Below, piece by piece: positions 57,240-64,000 of a stretch of DNA of 64,000 nucleotides (within the stretch, counting starts at the first letter, position 1; each line of letters opens with the position of its first letter). A program made the position numbers and the translations under genes. The notes below the pieces were generated by a model. It was not told the origin of the DNA and did no database searches. It saw only the letters and a program-made list of their open reading frames with translations. The stretch comes from Magallana gigas. Lineage: Eukaryota. The DNA lies in contig NC_088855.1 in the NCBI RefSeq assembly GCF_963853765.1, forward strand, positions 41,726,001 to 41,790,000, in the 5' to 3' direction.

Positions 57240-59201
57240 CAGTGACAGATTAAATATTCTTTACCATTGAATTCCAGTCTGTCATTGCAGAAACCACTCG
57301 TCTTTCATCCAGATTATTAATGTGTCCGTCTTGGTGTTTGTTGGGCCACACCAATATAATTTCTTGTTCATCAGATATTCAGTGAAAAAAGGTACAAGTT
57401 GGCGAACAATTGAATAATAAATTTATATTAAACTATCTACAAAATATAAATTTTTTGGCCGTACATAATTAATTTTGTAAGGATGGAAATAGAACAGAAA
57501 ACAACGCAAAATTTCCTAGGTGCAGGAAATCAATGATACAATGTAATATAAATACGAGCGTGCAGGATTTGATGAAAGAAATTATATTGGTGTGGCCTAA
57601 CATCTTTTGGTATTGTGAGTTTAAGAATGGGTACCAGATAACTCCACAGTGCTAGTTAATGCCCAATATCAAAATGCTTGTACACCTCCACTGTGTCTGT
57701 GTTGGCTTAAATTGTAGCTTTGCCAAATCTTTTAAACCAATGTGATGAAAACTTATGAAATGTTTTTGGTCACATTCATTGTGCTTGCCATGTTTTGTTG
57801 TTGCAATATTAAAAGTTGAAACAAATTCTATGTGTTTTCATTTAATTAAATCTTCAGAATTTCTTTTAAAATTTTTTGCTACTCTGCATATGAACGCATG
57901 AAATTTGACAGTCAGAAACAAGGTGCATAAATCTGATACCTTAAAGCTGAACACCGCTCGTAAATGGGCATCGTCACACAGATACCTGGTATATAAACCC
58001 TTCGATTCCGTTACACCCGATTGCACACTTGAAACTTGTGGCCGACGCGTAGTATTCCTTTTGTGCTCTTTTGATTTTATGCATTTATTTCTTATTCTAT
58101 GTGCATATTCTGCTTGTAATTAATGCATTGACCAACTTATTTGATGTTAGTATTCTCCTGGCTTGAAAAAAGTTCAGAAAATTTGATATTTCATCGCGAC
58201 CTAGTAACACAGCGAGGCGAGATGTTCTCCACACAGGTGAGACCTCTACAGCAAAGTACTTTGAATTGTTTAGAGGTCTGTACCTTATATAGGGGTTGTA
58301 GGGACAGCAGTGATGAAAGAGAAACATGGCAGACTGTGCCCATTTACAAGCGGTGTTCAGCTTTAAAACTTTACAAAGATTCATTTGAAAAGTTTCATTG
58401 GTCCTTTATAATTATAGAGGACATCTTTCTCTACATAGTGAGAAGAATTAATCGAAATAAATTAAAATTGGCAGGCAATTGGAGAACTTTTTATTGTACA
58501 AATGTATCAGCTGTCCATATTCAGTTAATACTGCAATCACAGAATGGACATTTTCCTGGGTTCAGTTGTTTTCTGCCTCACCTTTGCCTTATTATAACCA
58601 TCAATTAGAAGAAAAAAATGAAATCAGAAGCAGGATGTTCAAAGTTTATTGAGAAAAGAAAGTATGAGAAATTTACCAGGTATTGTTCATCAATCACTCA
58701 CTACAGTAGATATTTCAGAAAAAGGATTTCTTAGGGCTAGTAACATACATGTATAATTATATATTCTGAACAAAAACTGTTTATTGTTTTCATTTAATGT
58801 ATTACTATAATAAATTATTTTTTCTTAAAATTTGTACAAAATTATTGAAAAATAGAAATTATTTCTTTTATGAAAAAAAAAATATTTCAGATAAGATACT
58901 TTGACTGACTGTCAACCATTATATATTTTGGTGTAGCTTAACTGTGTTATGCCCTAATGAAAAGTGAAAGTTTTAAAGGTATGTAAGAAACAAAACTACA
59001 TTTAATGAGCTCACTTCACTTTTTACAGTCCAAGTCTGTAAAGATTCTAATTATGAGCTTGAATAAATTACTTCATATAAAAAGCAGACAAAAGTCATTT
59101 GATAAAAATACCACCAAAACTTAATGGAAAAACCCCCAAACTGAGCTAGAAATATACATGAGTAACACTAAAAATAATCATGCAAGATGTCAAAGTTCCC
59201 T

Positions 59202-61285
59202 CTATTTTCCATCAAACATCATTTTGACGGGGGATATAAAATAAGTGTCCAATGTTTCCCACAGACTTTTTCCAAAACTAAGTCTTTCTGTTTTTGAACT
59301 CCTGAGACTGGAGTCTGCTTTTGACATCTCTTGCAGTTTAATGTCTTCAGCGATTTCTTCCCTCTCAATCAGATGTCTGTCTTTGACAGGAAAGTTTACA
59401 CTCCTTTTATTACGCCCATTTGCTCCTTTTTCGGGTTCACTCCTGTTAAATCTACTTAAAGGAGTTAAAGAGTTATGTGCATTTTTCCATCCCTCTTTAG
59501 ATTCTACACTTGATTCACCACCTGGGCTGAGAAAAGTGTGCTTGAAGTTTAACTGCTGTGTCAAATTAGACGACGGTTCATTAAGAGAATTTTCCAAACT
59601 AGGCAGGTTCATCAAAGGAGTATCAGCAACCTTGTATAAATTAAGACCCCTTTTTCGCCTGGATGATTGCTCAAGGACAGAAATATTATCCTTATCTGTG
59701 GCATGTTTCTTTTTCGACTTCTTAGATGAGGTGCCCAGAATATCTGCTACCTGCACATCATCTTCTTCCTCAATTATGTCTGCTGTTGCATGGAAGGATT
59801 TACCACCCTGCATTGTCAGATCCACTTTCTTGGCGCAAGTCTTATCAAGAAGAATGCTCTCATTTTCCTTCCTTCTTTTATTTGCAGACATTTTGGTAAG
59901 TACATTAAGAGGAATATCCCCTGAGGTGTTGAGTCGAGTATCCGGGGACTCGACCACTATCTTTGTTTTATCTGCCCAATCTCCACCAGACTGACATTTT
60001 TTTGCTGCCTTTCGCTTTTTCGGTTGATGATATTCCTCTTCAGATTGTTCTTCAGACTCATCTTCTTCATTTTCCGAGGATGAGGAGGTTTCATCTTGAT
60101 CACAGCTCATCACAGGAACAACTTTCTCACATGAATTAGGTCTACGTTTAACCAGCAATTTTTTTCTACGAGACGGAAGGCTTTTGAGAGGTCTTTTTCT
60201 CTTTTTTATAGCTGAAGAACATTTTGTTTCATTTTGTGTTTCTGGATCATCTTTCCTTGCATTTAGCTCATCATGTGGTTGTCTACTCTCAATTCTTGAA
60301 GAAGATCTTGTCTTGCATTTTCTTGTTGTATTTGTAGATTCAGCGCTGTTTTTTTGTTCCAATGTACTTCTTTCAGGGTTACACTCCTGTTTGTTGAAGT
60401 AGCTCTTCTTGCAAGTAAAAGATACTTCAAATAAGAAAGGGCACACTTTTAGAGCTTTCCCATTCTTCTTGAAGTTTATTTTCTGTGAAATTTTCCAGGG
60501 CTTCCTTTTGAATGTTACAACATAGTTTTCACTGCATACTGTCTTGAGGATTTGATTTCGCTGTGAAAGGTACAACAATCCTCTAATGATATTCTGTACT
60601 TCGGATGTTGATGTTCCTTCTGAAAAAAAAATAATTCTCAACTATAGCTGTTAAGTTGTTGATGTGGGTATACAACTTGCTGATTTCTTTAAGATCATAT
60701 ACAGGAACTAAGCTCATATCGTACCTAACATGTCTTTTGGCAACTGACAATTGAAAATCTGTGCAACAGGATAAAAAAGAACTTAACCTAAGTAAGGGCA
60801 TTGAGAATATGACACTTTGTTGATGAGATAAGCAAATCATAACAAAACAAAGCAGGGAGATTAACATACAACAAATTTCCTCATACATGAAAATATAAAT
60901 TAATTTGCACTGATGGTGAATTGATAAAAAATTGGGGTGATCTGACATTGAAATTTTCATTTTAGTTTATGAATGGGTGACCTGCACTTAACCTTAACCT
61001 AACTAGATTTCTTTTTTAACCAAAGCAAAATCAGTATGAGGAAATGATTGTAAAACATGGGTTGTTATTTGTGCCAGCCAAAAGTAACATTGCCAAATGG
61101 AATTCTGGTCCATTGTGTCAATTTTTTAAAATCCAATAAGAAACAATTTACAAACCTTTATCACGATCACCATCTAGCAGTCGATCTAATGTTGTATTGC
61201 AACAGTCTGCATCATGGAAGTGATAGAATTTAATCTTGTACAAATGATTCACATGTAACATTAATTTCGTTCTACAGGCATCCAT
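59202..61285 (-). CDS. MAJIN: MAJIN-like meiotic telomere/nuclear-envelope junction protein, ~515 aa
   Basis: Exon 61285-61156 (MDACRTKLMLHVNHLYKIKFYH...DRDK) joins in phase 1 to exon 60619-59202 (EGTSTSEVQNIIRGLL..LKTVCSENYVVTFKRKPWKISQKINFKKNGKALKVCPFLFEVSF). This matches recalled human MAJIN (FLHAGPNVYKFKIRY..VRVVL..LQPFATEHFIVFPYKSKWERVSHLKFKHGEIILIPYPFVFTLYV). Alignment by eye only. Confidence 0.72.
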
Positions 61286-61507
61286 TGTCTCTGAAAAGAT
61301 GAAACAACAGCTGATGACAATGATAAGGCAAAATCATTCAAGATCACTAAATGGATTGGTAAATCTGATATTTTTGGGACTTACTGGCCATATGGGTTTA
61401 TCATAATTGCCCATTTTGGATATGATATTGAATTTATTATCAATTGATCAAATAAGTGCTTCCTCAGAGAAGTAATCAGCCCTAATAAGATATAGCAAGG
61501 ATGAAGA

Positions 61508-61571
61508 CTATTCTCTTTTGAGAAGTGGACAGGCATAGCCTACTGCCTGTCTACTTCTAAAAAGAGAATAG
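61508..61571. repeat. 64-nt hairpin palindrome
   Basis: CTATTCTCTTTTGAGAAGTGGACAGGCA / TGCCTGTCTACTTCTAAAAAGAGAATAG (2 mismatches); AGGCATAGCCT next to the centre. Confidence 0.85.
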
Positions 61572-61623
61572 GATGAGGACTATACGTTCATTTGTTTACT
61601 AAGAGTAATCGATGGATATAAAT

Positions 61624-63520
61624 AACACAAAAGATGTTTGTGAAACATTTATGCCCCCCTCCCTTGGAAACATCCACAAAGAAAACTGCAAATAACTGGT
61701 ATTTTTCTAAGTTCAAGGGCCATAACTCTGTCGAAAATTGCTCGATCATACCCAAAATCAAACTTGACCTAGATATTATTTAGATAAATCTGTGTATCAA
61801 ATTTCATATCCATATGTGCACCCTCTGCGAAGAAAATGAGCAGAAACTGCAAATAACTGGAATTTTTCTATGTCCAAGAGGCATAACTCTGTCGAAAAAT
61901 GCTCGATCATACCCAAAATCAAACTTGACCTTGATATTATCATGATAAACCTGTTTACCAAATTTCATTTCAATATGTTCATCCTCTGCGAAGAAAATGA
62001 GCAGAAACGGCAAAAAACTAGAATTTTTCTAAGCCCAAGGGCCATAACTCTGTCGAAAATTGCTTGATCGTACCCAATATCGAACTTGACTTAGATATTA
62101 TCATGATAAACCTGTATACTAAATTTCATTTCAATATGTTCATCTTCTGCGGAGAAAATGAGCGGAAACAGCAAAAAAATAGAATTTTTCTATGTCCAAG
62201 GGCCATAACTCTGTCGAAAATTGCTCGATTGAACCCAATATCGAACTTGACCTAGATATTATCATGATAAACCTGTATACTAAATTTCATTTCAATATGT
62301 TTATCCTCTGCGAAGAAAATGAGCGGAAACAGCAAAAAACTAGAATTTTTCTAAGTCCAAGGGCCATAACTCTGTTGAAAATTGCTCGATCATACCCAAT
62401 ATCGAACTTGACCTTGATATTATCATGATAAACCTGTATACTAAATTTCATTTCAATATGTTCATCCTCTGCGAAGAAAATGAGCAGAAACGGCAAAAAA
62501 CTAGAATTTTTCTAAGCCCAAGGGCCATAACTCTGTCGAAAATTGCTCGATTGTACCCAATATCGAACTTGACTTAGATATTATCATGATAAACCTGTAT
62601 ACTAAATTTCATTTCAATATGTTCATCTTCTGCGGAGAAAATGAGCGGAAACAGCAAAAAAATAGAATTTTTCTATGTCCAAGGGCCATAACTCTGTCGA
62701 AAATTGCTCGATTGAACCCAATATCGAACTTGACCTAGATATTATCATGATAAACCTGTATACTAAATTTCATTTCAATATGTTTATCCTCTGCGAAGAA
62801 AATGAGCGGAAACAGCAAAAAAATAGAATTTTTCTATGTCCAAGGGCCATAACTCTGCCGAAAATTGCTCGATGGTACCCAATATCGAACTTGACCTTGA
62901 TATTATCATGATAAACCTGTATACTAATTTTCATTTCAATATGTTCATCCTCTGCGAAGAAAATGAGCAGAAACGGCAAAAAACTAGAATTTTTCTAAGC
63001 CCAAGGGCCATAACTCTGTCGAAAATTGCTCGATTGTACCCAATATCGAACTTGACTTAGATATTATCATGATAAACCTGTATACTAAATTTCATTTCAA
63101 TATGTTCATCTTCTGCGGAGAAAATGAGCGGAAACAGCAAAAAAATAGAATTTTTCTATGTCCAAGGGCCATAACTCTGTCGAAAATTGCTCGATTGAAC
63201 CCAATATCGAACTTGACCTAGATATTATTATGATAAACCTGTATACTAAATTTCATTTCAATATGTTCATCTTCTGCGAAGAAAATGAGCCGAAACAGCA
63301 AAAAAATAGAATTTTTCTAAGTCCAAGGGCCATAACTCTGTCGAAAATTGCTCAATGGTACCCAATATCGAACTTGACCTTGATATTATCATGATAAACC
63401 TATATACCAAATTTCATTTCAATATGTTCATCCTCTGCGAAGAAAATGAACGGAAACTGTTGGTAACCGACCGACAGCAGCAAAGCAATATGCCCTCCCT
63501 TCTTCGAAGGGGGGCATAAA
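61624..63520 (+). mobile_element. HINE/Helentron-like element with 11 x 161-bp satellite monomers
   Basis: Sub-TIRs TTTATGCCCCC (61648-61658) / GGGGGCATAAA (63510-63520); 3' hairpin ATGCCCTCCCTTCTTCGAAGGGGGGCAT; monomers start at 61715, 61876, 62037 ... 63325 (exact period 161). Confidence 0.9.
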
Positions 63521-64000
63521 ATTGTAGAACTAAACATCATTTTGTTGTAAATTTACATTAAATAATATAAAATGCAGTACATTTTAATTGTTAATATGCA
63601 AAATAATTTTTTCTAACAGAGACATATCAAACTTGTAAAGTTACGGTTTCAAAATGTCTCTTAACTAAAAATTCGTATTGTAATGAGGATTTTCAAAATA
63701 TTGGGTAACTAGAATTACCGAAATACCCGTGATTTACCGAAATGCCCTTCAAAAACACCGAAATGCCTCATTTGAGCACAAATATTTAACATTATAGTTT
63801 GAATCTAAGTGTTTAAATGTGTTTCCCCAATTTTCAGTTTGATAATGTATTTTGACATAAATACTAGCGATTTTTAACATTTGTAGACATTGGGTTAAGA
63901 ACGATAACTCTTGCAGGAATTGCTTTTCACTCGAATAGAGGTGTGAAGTTTATTCCCAGAATAAAATAACTAAGAATTAAAAATATCAGTTTATCAGCTT

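Noticed and set aside
59245-59994. 249-aa + strand ORF
   Set aside because: Antisense shadow of the large MAJIN-like exon (S/L/F-rich composition).
60681-60743. Possible extra MAJIN cassette exon (VAKRHVRYDMSLVPVYDLKEI) with a GC donor
   Set aside because: Needs a non-consensus CA|GCAAGT donor; the flanking exons already join in frame and fit the MAJIN alignment better without it.
61804-63394. Family of repeated 63-78-aa ORFs (MSKGHNSVENC..., MPFLLIFF...)
   Set aside because: Translations of the 161-bp satellite monomers on both strands; no coding signature.

Overview
AT-rich eukaryotic genomic DNA, almost certainly an oyster (Crassostrea/Magallana type: it carries a 166-bp Cg170-like satellite, recognised from memory). 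By hand-splicing GT-AG exons I built nine protein-coding genes: an AADAC/NCEH1-like esterase (-, 5' part only), POLD4 (-), LIS1/PAFAH1B1 (+), METTL16 (+), ABHD11 (-), RAB35 (+), a BTB/POZ protein (-), BICDL1/BICDR-1 (+) and a MAJIN-like meiotic telomere protein (-). Most ORF-track entries are intronic or antisense noise. Introns and intergenic DNA are full of non-autonomous mobile elements: a complete TRIM with tRNA-like LTRs, a TTAA/Kolobok-type MITE with a tRNA-like core, TA-target MITEs, Helentron/HINE-like elements carrying 150-166-bp tandem repeats (one with a perfect trimeric higher-order repeat), and long palindromes centred on a GCGAAGC-type mini-hairpin. The most notable signals are the Pol III-promoter TRIM, a strong excess of TACATGTA that looks like a transposon excision footprint, the MAJIN orthologue whose N-terminal exon the ORF track misses, and gene neighbourhoods shared with human. 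No CRISPR array, rRNA or intact tRNA gene was found. All homology calls are from recalled sequences, not from searches.
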